Assembly: GCA_963754945.1 (NCBI GenBank) | Contig: CAVWIG010000029.1 | Location: 1-64,000, forward strand | Direction of reading: 5' to 3' | DNA length: 64,000 nucleotides | From: Methanotrichaceae archaeon | GTDB lineage: Archaea > Halobacteriota > Methanosarcinia > Methanotrichales > Methanotrichaceae | In this document: positions 41,867 through 51,630 of the stretch, in pieces | Position numbering within the stretch: position 1 is the stretch's first letter | How the letters are laid out: every line of letters starts with the position of its first letter | Made by a program: the position numbers and the translations under genes | Notes under the pieces: model-generated | Databases searched by the model: none | The model's input: only the letters and a program-made list of their open reading frames with translations | Told to the model about the DNA's origin: nothing

Positions 41867-42194
41867 AGTCTTCGATTTAGCTATTTTCTGGTTATCCATC
41901 TATAACCTCATTGCTCCAAAGCTCCAAAGCGAAAACCTTAAATATCGGCCATAGACGTATGATATATTGGCAAAAGTCGATACTCTGTTTTCTTGCATAG
42001 GCTTTTGCCTCCCTCCTTATTACGACACATAGCCCTTTCACGGCGCTATAAAGTCTCTTCACGGGCTTTCCGCCCCAGGTATGCGCTGTGTTTCTTGCAT
42101 TCAATCATCCAGGAAGCGTGTCATATTGGTGCTTCTTGCCTTTCTGAGGTCTCCCAAATAGCAAAAGTTGTTATCCTTTGAATTCCTCTATCAG

Positions 42195-42500
42195 TATCCC
42201 AAACTAAGCTTACCGACGAAGTGAAAAAGGCGACTAAGAAGAAACCATAGGATACATACCAGGCAAGCCAAATAGGTCAGACCAATATCAGCACGGGCCT
42301 GGTCAACATTTCTGCGAGGGCGATCCCAATATTTAGAGCGGAAGATCCGCTTTCGAATCCTGCAAATGAAGTGCAGTACACCATTTCTATCTTACAGGCC
42401 ATTTTGTGAAGAAGGGGACAAGGTTCTCAAGAGCGAGATGGCCTACTCTTGCAAACTGAAAAGGCACGGTTACCTGGTCTTCGATAAAACCCAAGAGAGA
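42195..42500 (+). pseudogene. Decayed copy of the 5' third of ku
   Basis: Aligns to 39498-39800, e.g. ATCAGCACGGGCCTGGTCAACATT and AAGAGCGAGATGGCCTAC..CTGGTCTTCGATAAA; frameshifted. Confidence 0.8.
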
Positions 42501-42512
42501 TAACAAGGCCTG

Positions 42513-43883
42513 TTAGACTATAGGAGTTAGACTTATCTTGTTCTGGTTTTCAAAAAGCAGATTGTAGGGCTCAGTCCTGGGTATAATCCCGTAAAGGCAT
42601 AAGCCGCCGTTTAGTTCGTTGACAAGGAAGTATGTATCGGCTGTGTGGATGGCCATGTTGATGCTCTCCTGGCCAGTTTTCACTACCAGAACATTTATGT
42701 CGTTGGTCTCCTTCCACTTGCGGATCATCCGGTTGGCCATCATGTTCAGGAGCTTCTTGTAGCCGAATGCAAACTCCATTGCATCCATGCCGATTATGTT
42801 GAGGATGGGCCTTCCAGTCCTCTCCCTTAGGCCATCCCATTTTTCCAACAGCTCTTTACCCCAAGCCACTAGGTCTTCGTCTTCTTCTGGTTGGGAGATC
42901 ACTACATTGGTCGGAACGAATATGTCCCGAGAGCTGAGCTGATACCCGATGCTTGGAAGTATAAAGACGCCTCTGCCGTTCTTTAGGGCGTTGGAGGCCA
43001 AAGCAGTCAGGATCTGGTAATACCTCTTGCCAACTCCGTGATCGATTTCGATTACGTTGCAGGAGCCGTATTTTAATCCGCCAGTCAGTATGTCGAGGTC
43101 GGGAATACCGGTGGAGATCCTGGACTCTCCCGGATCCGGAACCCTGACGACATCGCTGGCAATCCTTGCATCCTGATGTTCGCGGTAGGGCTCGAAGTAT
43201 CTGAATCGACCGCCGTGTAAGGTTGTAGTGTAGTTCTTCTGCCTGATCTCAACGCCTCTGAGCTTGTCCAGTCTGATCTGCCTGGCATACCTGGTTCTCA
43301 TGCCATTAGGGCTTTCTGTGCCCGAGCTTCCCATCAGCTTGAACTGATCCATGGTCACCACACCGTCGACGATGTAGTCCAAGGGCATGATGTCGGCGAA
43401 CTCACTGACAAGAATCAGGTGAATCCCGGTGTCTCGACCAAACTCGCACATGTTCTGCTCAAAGCTGTGCTGGGTATCCTCTATGAAGTGAGCTGTATAA
43501 TTCAGAACGGCGTCCCAGCTGTCGATGACAATCATTGGATTGTCCATCTCCTCAGCCTCATCGAAGAAGACCCTGAAGAAATCCAGTACCGCATCGTATT
43601 CAGAGAGCTCTCGGCTGGCGCCTTTCAGGCTCTTGAGGAGCCTGTTTTGTGTTGCGTTGATCACATTCTTCGGCGGGATTATATCGCTTATCCACGGGGT
43701 AGTGGCATAGAGACGTTGTGGATCGACTCGAGTTGAGATGTATACGCCATTCTTCTTCTCACACAATGTGTTTAAGATCTCCAGGGCTAGAGTTGTCTTC
43801 CCAGTTCCCGGCAACCCCTTTATCAAGAGTGCCTGGCCATCTTCAATCCCGAAGAAGTCTTTGATTTCCTTGGGAATGTGCAT
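42513..43883 (-). CDS. GvpD/KaiC-like RecA-superfamily P-loop ATPase (two domains)
   Basis: KGLPGTGKTT, IVIDSWD, LDYIVDGVV, KLRG, second domain ISTGIPDLD. Confidence 0.85.
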   Translation of the reverse strand: MHIPKEIKDFFGIEDGQALLIKGLPGTGKTTLALEILNTLCEKKNGVYISTRVDPQRLYATTPWISDIIPPKNVINATQNRLLKSLKGASRELSEYDAVLDFFRVFFDEAEEMDNPMIVIDSWDAVLNYTAHFIEDTQHSFEQNMCEFGRDTGIHLILVSEFADIMPLDYIVDGVVTMDQFKLMGSSGTESPNGMRTRYARQIRLDKLRGVEIRQKNYTTTLHGGRFRYFEPYREHQDARIASDVVRVPDPGESRISTGIPDLDILTGGLKYGSCNVIEIDHGVGKRYYQILTALASNALKNGRGVFILPSIGYQLSSRDIFVPTNVVISQPEEDEDLVAWGKELLEKWDGLRERTGRPILNIIGMDAMEFAFGYKKLLNMMANRMIRKWKETNDINVLVVKTGQESINMAIHTADTYFLVNELNGGLCLYGIIPRTEPYNLLFENQNKISLTPIV

Positions 43884-43897
43884 CTTGACACCGTTAC

Positions 43898-44287
43898 CTA
43901 GCTATTTTTTGCGTCCGGTGAGCAACAACATTTATTTGCCATCTTCATAAGGGCACAGATCTGGTCCGGCCTTACCTTAAAGGAAAAGTAGATTGTCTTG
44001 TCGTCACCGTCGCAGAGGTCGATATCAACGACGGGCATTGCCTCAAACTCGCCTCCTGCTTCCTCGGGCACGTGATGAGCCTCCGAAACTGCAGCCGTGC
44101 CACTCGTTCTCCACAGCTTGGCAGGTCCCACCTCGACGAACTTCACTCTTCCTTCTGACCTGAGCACCGAAAGGTACTTTATCACGGTGGTTTTGCTGAT
44201 TCCGGCTTTTTTTGCTACATCCACCGTGGTTAGCCCCACATCAGATTCCTCTATAGATTTCAATATCCTTTCCTTGTAGGATTCCAT
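43898..44287 (-). CDS. Winged-helix DNA-binding protein
   Basis: GLTTVDVAKKAGISKTTVIKYLSVL..EG. Confidence 0.8.
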   Translation of the reverse strand: MESYKERILKSIEESDVGLTTVDVAKKAGISKTTVIKYLSVLRSEGRVKFVEVGPAKLWRTSGTAAVSEAHHVPEEAGGEFEAMPVVDIDLCDGDDKTIYFSFKVRPDQICALMKMANKCCCSPDAKNS

Positions 44288-44580
44288 TTATTGCCGCCAT
44301 AACGTACAGTGAGCTATCTTTGTTCTCTATCTGAATGATGGTGCATGGTTCATAAGCCTTGCCATATCTTTTATCTTCCATTCTCATATTTCTATTTTTT
44401 TAAACCACATTTTTGTGAGATATTTTTGCGGTCTCGGTCACAATCTCAGGATGGGCAATATAGTCAGCACCAGTGCCATTCGAAGAAGAAAAATTTAAAC
44501 TCTAAAGAATCTTTGCTCTCAGCACAAGACATCAATTGGCTTATGCACAATGCCATGGAGATGGTTAATGAGATTTTTCG

Positions 44581-45200
44581 ATGACCTCTGATTCCTCCTC
44601 AGATGAAAGCATTACATAGAAGGATCTTGGCCACCGCTCAGAGGGGACTATGTCGTCGGCGATCCCGAGTGTAGAGTGGCTGTAGTGACACTGGCAAGCG
44701 TTATGCGAGATTAAAATTCCGCAATCAGCGGTACTTGCAAGACAGAGAACCTGGGCGTTGAGAAGATCGTGGCCAACTTAATCTCCAACTCCAACATCCG
44801 CTTCTTGCTGATCTGCGGAGCCGAATCCAAAGGGCATATGCCTGGCAACACCATCATCGCGCTTCACAAGAATGGATTAGACGAGAAGGGCAGGATAATT
44901 GGCTCAAAGGGAGCAATTCCATTCATACAGAACCTATCCACCGAAGCAGTAAAGCGGTTTCAGGCCCAGATCCAGTTGATAGACAGGATCGGCCTGGAGG
45001 ACGAGGAGCAGATAGGAGTACTGGTTGAAGAGTACAGATGCAAGGAAATGCCATACCCAGAGGAGCCATTCCAGGCGGTAAAACTGAGATCCAGTTGAAG
45101 GGATTGTCTGCGACCACTTGGGGCCGGGGTCGGTGACGTTTTATTTGGGTCTGACGTTACCTTGGATAGCATTGTTTGGAAGGTAACGGAGGCTGAAGTT
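44581..45200 (+). pseudogene. mtrA/mtxA-like corrinoid protein pseudogene
   Basis: [21 protein letters not shown], in-frame TAA at 44712, KTENLGVEKIVAN..CGAESKGH, TGA at 45096, frameshift near the start. Confidence 0.82.
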
Positions 45201-46122
45201 GTTCAGATTTGAGAGGGAGCAAGCGGTGGTCAATATCGCGGGAGTGAAATTAGGCGGCCAACCCGGCGAGTTTCCCACAGTCTTGGCTGGTACCATATTC
45301 TACCAGGGCCACAAGATCGTCCTGGATGAAGATCAGGGCCTCTTTGACAGGTTAAAGGCTGAAAAGCTGGTTATGAGGCAGGCAGAGCTATCGGAAGAGA
45401 CTGGAAACCCTGCCGTGCTTCATGTCTACTCTAGGACGACGAAAGCCTTCGAGAGATACCTCGCATTCGTTGAAGAGGTCTGGTCTGGTCCCTTCATCAT
45501 CGACTCCGCCGATCCAGGCGTTCGGGCAGCAGCGGCCGGTCTGGTCTCTGAGCTGGGGTATGCAGATAAGGCAATTTACAACAGCATCAGCCTCGCCACT
45601 AACTCGTCGGAAGAGATGGCCATTAGAGATTCAGAGATCGATTCAGCCATCCTCCTAGCCTACAATCCGGCAGAGCCTGGCGTGGATGGCTCCATAAAGG
45701 TGCTGGAGACCGGTGGGTCGGTTCGAGAGAAGGGGCTGATTCCCTTGGCCGGGGACCTTGGCATAGTCAACCTTCTAATCGATCCCGGCGTGGTGCCCAT
45801 GGGAAGTGGCGCAGGAGCCGCGCTTAGGTTCTCGGTTGTTGCCAAGGCCAAGTTCGGCCTGCCTGTTGGATCGGGCATACACAACGCAGTGAGCTCTTGG
45901 CCTTGGCTGAAGGGCAGGGGCCTCCAGGACAAGCGGTGCTGTGATGCAGCAGCAACGGCAATGCAGCAGCTCTCGGGAGGAGACTTCTTGCTTTACGGAC
46001 CCATCGAGAACGCCGATTTCATTTTCCCGGTAGCGGCAATGGCCGATATCATGATAGCCGAGGCAGTTAGAGACCTGGACATCTGGTCCGCCGCTGAGCA
46101 TCCGGTGCACCGGCTGGTCTGA
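45199..46122 (+). CDS. MtrH-like (MtxH) methyl-pterin methyltransferase
   Basis: GGQPGEFPTVLAGTIFY, IIDS, IYNSI, GSGIHN, DFLLYGPIENA. Confidence 0.9.
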   Translation: MFRFEREQAVVNIAGVKLGGQPGEFPTVLAGTIFYQGHKIVLDEDQGLFDRLKAEKLVMRQAELSEETGNPAVLHVYSRTTKAFERYLAFVEEVWSGPFIIDSADPGVRAAAAGLVSELGYADKAIYNSISLATNSSEEMAIRDSEIDSAILLAYNPAEPGVDGSIKVLETGGSVREKGLIPLAGDLGIVNLLIDPGVVPMGSGAGAALRFSVVAKAKFGLPVGSGIHNAVSSWPWLKGRGLQDKRCCDAAATAMQQLSGGDFLLYGPIENADFIFPVAAMADIMIAEAVRDLDIWSAAEHPVHRLV

Positions 46123-46174
46123 CCTTATCTGCCGCACATAAAATTTATACCATCGCCCACCCAGAGCTACCGGC

Positions 46175-47344
46175 ATGTATCTTTCCAGGGAAGAGGAGAG
46201 CATTTACCAGGGCCATCGAGGCGAATCCCTTCGTCGAGCCATGAAGATCCTTGTGGCCCTGGGGGATATCTTCGATGCTGAGCGTCTAATACCAATCAAG
46301 AGTGTACAGATCGCAGGAGTCTCCTTCAAGAACATAGGGGATGCTGGTCTGGAGTGGATATCCGACCTGAAAGGCAATGTCGTTGTGCCAGCCATCCTTA
46401 ACCCTGCTGGGATGGATTTGTCTCGATGGCAGGAGATGGGGATAGATGAAAATTTTGCCCGCAAACAAAAAGCCACCATCGATGCCTACCGTCGGCTGGG
46501 GATCACCATCGATTGCACCTGTACCCCTTATCAGATTAATCCACAGATCGCATGCCCAGGGGATCACCTGGCCTGGAGCGAGTCGTCCGCGGTGTCTTTT
46601 GCCAATTCAGTCATAGGTGCCCGAACCAACCGCGAAGGCGGACCCTCAGCCCTGGCTGCAGCCCTGATCGGGAAAACGCCATTTTATGGATACCATCTTG
46701 ATCAGAACAGGATTCCAACGCACAGGATAGACGTGAAGGCGGACCTGAAAGGTTCTGACTTCGGGGCCCTAGGTTTTCTTGTGGGCAGAACTGTCAAGGA
46801 CGGCATTCCCCTTTTTGAACTTACCAGCAGGCCAACTCTTGATGAGCTCAAGTCTCTTGGAGCGGCAATGGCAGCCAGCGGATCGGTGGCCCTTTACTAT
46901 GTCGAAGGGGTTACTCCAACGCCTCCCGAGGAGTCCGGCAAGCCGGAGAAGATATCGGTGGACAGAAAGCAGATCGATGAAGTCTACGAGAGCCATCCTG
47001 GAATGGATGCGGATATCGTTGCACTAGGCTGCCCGCACTGTTCAAAGGCTGAGCTGAATCGCATTGCAGATCTGCTTGAGGGCAAAAAAGTAAAAAAAGA
47101 GCTGTGGGTGTGCACAGCACGGAAAATAGTTGAGACGTGTCCAGACTTTGTAACCAGGATCGAGAAGAGCGGGGCAAAAGTCATCTGCGACACATGCATG
47201 GTGGTCTCTCCAGCAAGCGAGCACTACAGGAAGATGATGGTCAACTCAGGAAAGGCCCTGACATACATTCCGGGTCTTTGCGGAATTGAGGCTGGCTTTG
47301 GCTCAACTGAAGAGTGTATCGAAGTGGCTACTAGGAGAGATTGA
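46175..47344 (+). CDS. Aconitase X large subunit (phosphomevalonate dehydratase, archaeal MVA pathway)
   Basis: CTCTPY, AWSESSAV, GARTNREGG, LGCPHCS, DTCMVV. Confidence 0.9.
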   Translation: MYLSREEESIYQGHRGESLRRAMKILVALGDIFDAERLIPIKSVQIAGVSFKNIGDAGLEWISDLKGNVVVPAILNPAGMDLSRWQEMGIDENFARKQKATIDAYRRLGITIDCTCTPYQINPQIACPGDHLAWSESSAVSFANSVIGARTNREGGPSALAAALIGKTPFYGYHLDQNRIPTHRIDVKADLKGSDFGALGFLVGRTVKDGIPLFELTSRPTLDELKSLGAAMAASGSVALYYVEGVTPTPPEESGKPEKISVDRKQIDEVYESHPGMDADIVALGCPHCSKAELNRIADLLEGKKVKKELWVCTARKIVETCPDFVTRIEKSGAKVICDTCMVVSPASEHYRKMMVNSGKALTYIPGLCGIEAGFGSTEECIEVATRRD

Positions 47345-47346
47345 GA

Positions 47347-47757
47347 ATGCAGAAAAAGTGCCACCGAGTGGCCAGCGGTTGCGCCTCCGGAGCCGCTCTC
47401 GTTACCAAGGAACCTATCTCCTTTCTGGGCAACGTCAATCCCGAGACAGGCATTGTTGTTGACCCAGACCACGAGCTTTATGGTAAGTGCATCTCAGGAA
47501 AGGTCCTTATCTTTCCTGGGGGCAAGGGCTCGACCGTTGGATCCTACGTGATCTACCAGCTAAAGAAAAGGGGCTTGGCTCCGGTCGCCATGATAAACAT
47601 CAGGTCAGAGCCCATAGTCGCTGTTGGTGCTATAATAAGCGGGATTCCGCTGGTGGACATGGTGTCAGACGACATTCTCGTTTTGAAGGACGGCGTTTTA
47701 GTAACCGTCGATGCCGACAGGGAGCTGGTTCAGATACCCGGCGATCTCACTGATTAG
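47347..47757 (+). CDS. Aconitase X swivel (DUF126) small subunit
   Basis: ISFLGNV, GKGSTVGSYV. Confidence 0.9.
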   Translation: MQKKCHRVASGCASGAALVTKEPISFLGNVNPETGIVVDPDHELYGKCISGKVLIFPGGKGSTVGSYVIYQLKKRGLAPVAMINIRSEPIVAVGAIISGIPLVDMVSDDILVLKDGVLVTVDADRELVQIPGDLTD

Positions 47758-48799
47758 AGGAATAAGCCTCCAAAAACCTCTCGTTCTGCTCAGGAGTCCC
47801 GACGGTAACCCTTATGTGATTTTCTCCTGCACCGGGCATTGGTGAGCAATCCCTGACTACAAGACCTCTTTTCAGCAGGCTCTTTGTGATATCTGTCGAA
47901 CTCTTCGGCGTCTCGATGTACAGGAAATTTCCTTGAGATGGATGTGCGACCTCAATCCTGCTTTGAATCCTATCCCTCTCTGAGCGTATTTTTGAGACCG
48001 AACGTTTCATGTACTCCACATCCTCAAGGGCTGCTACTCCTGCAGCCAGCGAGAGGCTGCTTATGCTGAACAGAGGTGAGATACGCCTGTACTGCTTGGC
48101 AACCCACTCAGGAACAACAGCGTATCCAAGCCTCAATCCGGCCAGTCCGAAGGCCTTGGACATCGTTCTGCCGATTATCAGGTTCTCGTGATCATCAACC
48201 ATCTTAATGATGCTTTTATCAGCGAACTCGGCATAAGCTTCATCCAGAAATATCATGGCGTCTGTACTCTCAGCTATCGACCTGACGGTCTCTTCTGAAA
48301 GGGTGTTACCGGTAGGATTGTTGGGCGAGCATAGGAAGATAATCTTGAAGCCTTCTGGAATCTCTAGATCTACTTCGAATCCTTTCAGCCTCTGCTGGTA
48401 AACTGGATTGGCTCCACACAGCCTCACTGCCAGGCTGTAAAGGGAGTAAGTGGGAATGGGAATTAGGGCTTTGTCTCCCTTTCCCAGAAATAGCCTGGCA
48501 ACTGTAGTAATGACCTCGTCCATTCCGGCTCCTGTCACTATGTTCTCCTCGGGATAGCCCGTGTAATCTGACAGAGCGTCTAAAAACGGCCTTGAGTCAG
48601 GATACCTGTGAAGCTGAACTCCCCTTAGAGCTTCCCAAACCTTTGGGCTGGGGCCATAGGGGTTCTCGTTGCGGCTCATCATGAGGATCTTGTCTACAGC
48701 TAAGCCGTATAGCTTGGACACCTCTGCAGGATCAATACCTGCATCATCCGGTTCGAACTCTGAAAGGAACGGCATTAAGTTGCTGGCATAATCTTTCAA
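47747..48799 (-). CDS. hisC: Histidinol-phosphate aminotransferase
   Basis: NENPY, SPNNPTG, DEAY, RTMSKAFGLAGLRLGY. Confidence 0.9.
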   Translation of the reverse strand: MKDYASNLMPFLSEFEPDDAGIDPAEVSKLYGLAVDKILMMSRNENPYGPSPKVWEALRGVQLHRYPDSRPFLDALSDYTGYPEENIVTGAGMDEVITTVARLFLGKGDKALIPIPTYSLYSLAVRLCGANPVYQQRLKGFEVDLEIPEGFKIIFLCSPNNPTGNTLSEETVRSIAESTDAMIFLDEAYAEFADKSIIKMVDDHENLIIGRTMSKAFGLAGLRLGYAVVPEWVAKQYRRISPLFSISSLSLAAGVAALEDVEYMKRSVSKIRSERDRIQSRIEVAHPSQGNFLYIETPKSSTDITKSLLKRGLVVRDCSPMPGAGENHIRVTVGTPEQNERFLEAYSSNQ

Positions 48800-48854
48800 A
48801 GAAAATCACTGCTTTATTGTGGGGTTGAATCGTATAAAAGTTATCCTTCCCCTA

Positions 48855-50067
48855 GTGTCGCGTCAATATTGAAGTGACATAAGGTTTAAGATATATTATC
48901 TTCATATCCAATGTGGGGTAATAGCAATGAAGAAATATATCGTAACGCTTACTGAGGACGAGCGCAAAGCTCTTAGCGACCTTACAGTCAAGGGAAAGCA
49001 AAAATCACAGAAGATCCTCAATGCATTAATATTGCTCGGTTGTGATGAAGGTGAGTACCAAACAGAGGGCTCGACGAATGAAGAAATAGCCCGTGTGCTC
49101 CATATAAAGCATGAGAAAGATAGACCGTTTAAAAAAGCGATTTGTAGAGGGAGGTCTTGATTCAGCTCTTGAAAGAAGAACGGGAAACCGCATCTATGCC
49201 AAGAAGACCGATGGAGATTTTGAAGCCCATTTAGTTGCATTGAGTTGCAGCGAACCACCAGATGGTTTTGCGCGGTGGTCTTTGAGGCTGTTAGCCGATA
49301 AGGTCGTCGAGCTCAACTACATTGACAGCATTTCTCATGAAGCTGTGCGTCAAATTTTAAAAAAACGAGATCAAGCCATGGCAACGCAAAGGATGGGTAA
49401 TTCCGCCAAATCAAAACGGTAGCTTCGTCGCAAATATGGAAAGGGTATTGGATGTTTATAAGCGTCCGTTTGATTCATATCATCCGGTTGTATGCATGGA
49501 CGAATCTCCAAAGCAGCTGATATCCGAGACAAGAGTACCTATTGCAATATCTCCAGGGCGGGCTGCCAAACACGACTATGAATACAAACGCTGCGGCTTA
49601 TCAAATATTTTCCTTGCATGCGAACCGTTGGCCGGGAAGCGTATGGTAAAGGTCACTGAAAGAAAAACTGCGCTGGACTGGGCTTGCTTTATGGAAGATG
49701 TCGCCGCCCAATACGAACATGCAGAAAAGATAACATTGGTGATGGACAATCTCAACACACATAATGCAGGATCGTTTTATGAGAAGTTTACGCCAGATAA
49801 GGCAAAGGCGTTAATGGATAGGTTTGAATTTGTGTACACGCCGAAGCATGGCAGTTGGCTAAATATGGCTGAGATAGAGCTGAATGTCCTTACAGGGCAA
49901 TGTCTGAATAGGCGAATCGATAAAATTGAAACTGTTAAGGATGAAGTAGCGGCATGGCAGGAGTTCAGAAATAATAAAAATGCAAAGGTAAATTGGCAAT
50001 TTACTACAGCGGATGCAAGAGTTAAACTATCTAGGCTTTATCCGACACTAGATAGCTGACGCGACAC
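48855..50067 (+). mobile_element. IS630-family element, diverged relative of 13716-14927; OrfA carries an extra-base frameshift
   Basis: Same TIRs and TA duplication; CATATAAAGC at about 49100 versus AATATAAGC in the first copy. Confidence 0.92.
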
Positions 50068-50148
50068 TAGTGTAAAGGGCTGAAGAGGGTATCTTTTTTC
50101 GATCAAGAAATCGGAACCCTTTTATCTTCTCTCTGCCTCAAGCCCTGC

Positions 50149-50973
50149 ATGTTTAAGATCGGTTTTGTCAAGCTGGGCAACATTGCCACCTCACTGGCCA
50201 TTGATCTTGCCCTGGACGAGATTGCAGAACGGAACGACATCGAGTTCAAGATCCTGAGCTTCGGTCCGAAGATGACCAAGACCGAGGGCGATGCCGCTGC
50301 ACAGCTTAGGGCCTGGAGTCCTCAACTGGTGGTAATTACCAGCCCCAATGCGGCAACCGCTGGCCCGACGGCTGCAAGGGAGACCCTAAAAGGACTGCCG
50401 ACCATTGTCATCTCCGATGGTCCGACCAAGAAGGAGTCCAGGGATGCCCTGGCCGCCGAGGGTTTTGGTTACATCATCCTTCCAGTCGATCCCCTGATAG
50501 GTGCCAAGCGCGAGTTCCTCGACCCTGCTGAGATGGCTCTCTTCAACTCAGACGCACTAAAGGTCTTGGCAGCCTGTGGTGCTGTCCGGCTGGTTCAGGA
50601 GGAGCTGGACAGGGCCATGGTCGCAATAGCCAGTGGCGAGTCCAAGCTGCCCCAAATCCTGGCCACACCGGAGAAGTGCGCCGAGAGGATGGACTTCAAG
50701 AATCCCTACGCCAGGGCCAAAGCCATCGGCGCTCTGTACGTGGCCCAGACGGTTGCCACCATCGATGCTCAGGCATGCTTCAAGCTCAAGGAGCTGGGGC
50801 CGATAGCCTTGGCGGCGGCAGCGGGCCACGAGGTCATGCGCGCTGCTGCGCGGTTGGCGGACGAGTCCAGGGAGCTGGAGAAGGCCGGGGATTCGGTATC
50901 AAGGAAACCGCACGCCAGGTCCGGCGAGCTGATGAAGAAGACGGGGCTGTTGGATAAGCCGGAGCGGGCCTGA
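50149..50973 (+). CDS. mtd: F420-dependent methylene-H4MPT dehydrogenase
   Basis: KLGNI, SPNAATAGP, IGAKREFLDPAEMALFNSD, AGHE. Confidence 0.93.
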   Translation: MFKIGFVKLGNIATSLAIDLALDEIAERNDIEFKILSFGPKMTKTEGDAAAQLRAWSPQLVVITSPNAATAGPTAARETLKGLPTIVISDGPTKKESRDALAAEGFGYIILPVDPLIGAKREFLDPAEMALFNSDALKVLAACGAVRLVQEELDRAMVAIASGESKLPQILATPEKCAERMDFKNPYARAKAIGALYVAQTVATIDAQACFKLKELGPIALAAAAGHEVMRAAARLADESRELEKAGDSVSRKPHARSGELMKKTGLLDKPERA

Positions 50974-51137
50974 AGGATTACATTCGCCCCGCTCGTGGAT
51001 CGTATATTAATAAGGCGGCGTGCTTCCTAAGCTTAGCAGAAAATCCGAAGATTGCACGAGGCCCTACACGATTCGGGACAAGGAGTGCGATCTTCCTCAC
51101 CCCCATTTATTTTTGCAACATGATAATTTGGTATGAA

Positions 51138-51557
51138 TCAACCAAGCATCGCCATCTCTTCGGCGAACCTTCTCGCGCCGTCCAGGTCCTCCTTGTTCGG
51201 GTGGCCTACGCTGAACAACAGGAATGCTTTGCCTTTGCAGTGATAGCTTCCTAGAACTGCGGCTCCTTTATGCTTTAAGGCTGCGTCCATCAACTCAACC
51301 TCCATCCCGGAGTTCCCTCCGGATGTGCCAAACACTGCAACCTTCCTGCCGCTGAAATCGTTTTCCTCAATGAACTTCATCATGTTTTCGCCCGGTTTGC
51401 TCCCGTAGCACCCAGACCCAAGAAAGATAATGTCTGCTGCCAGATCGAGGATGGAGGCGGTTTTAATGTCAGTGGCCTTAACACCAAGCTCACTTGCGAT
51501 TGCCTCGGCTAGCTTTCTGGTGTTGCCTCCCTTTGAGTAGAACAATACCTGGTGCAT
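51138..51557 (-). CDS. Flavodoxin
   Basis: YSKGGNTRKLA, LGSGCYG, VFGTSG. Confidence 0.88.
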   Translation of the reverse strand: MHQVLFYSKGGNTRKLAEAIASELGVKATDIKTASILDLAADIIFLGSGCYGSKPGENMMKFIEENDFSGRKVAVFGTSGGNSGMEVELMDAALKHKGAAVLGSYHCKGKAFLLFSVGHPNKEDLDGARRFAEEMAMLG

Positions 51558-51630
51558 TTAACATAACCATTCTAGATCTTACAAATTCACAGTCGATTAA
51601 TAAAAGACTGGAAACTTAGAGCCTATTGCC

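Noticed and set aside
41391-42181. Several overlapping 60-134 aa ORFs on both strands
   Set aside because: No recognisable motifs and Arg/Cys/Ala-rich shadow composition; the frame is not conserved in the homologous copy at 242-557
44712-44714. Possible recoding (Pyl/Sec) of stops in the mtrA-like gene
   Set aside because: The first stop is TAA, which is not recoded, and a frameshift is also present, so decay is the simpler explanation
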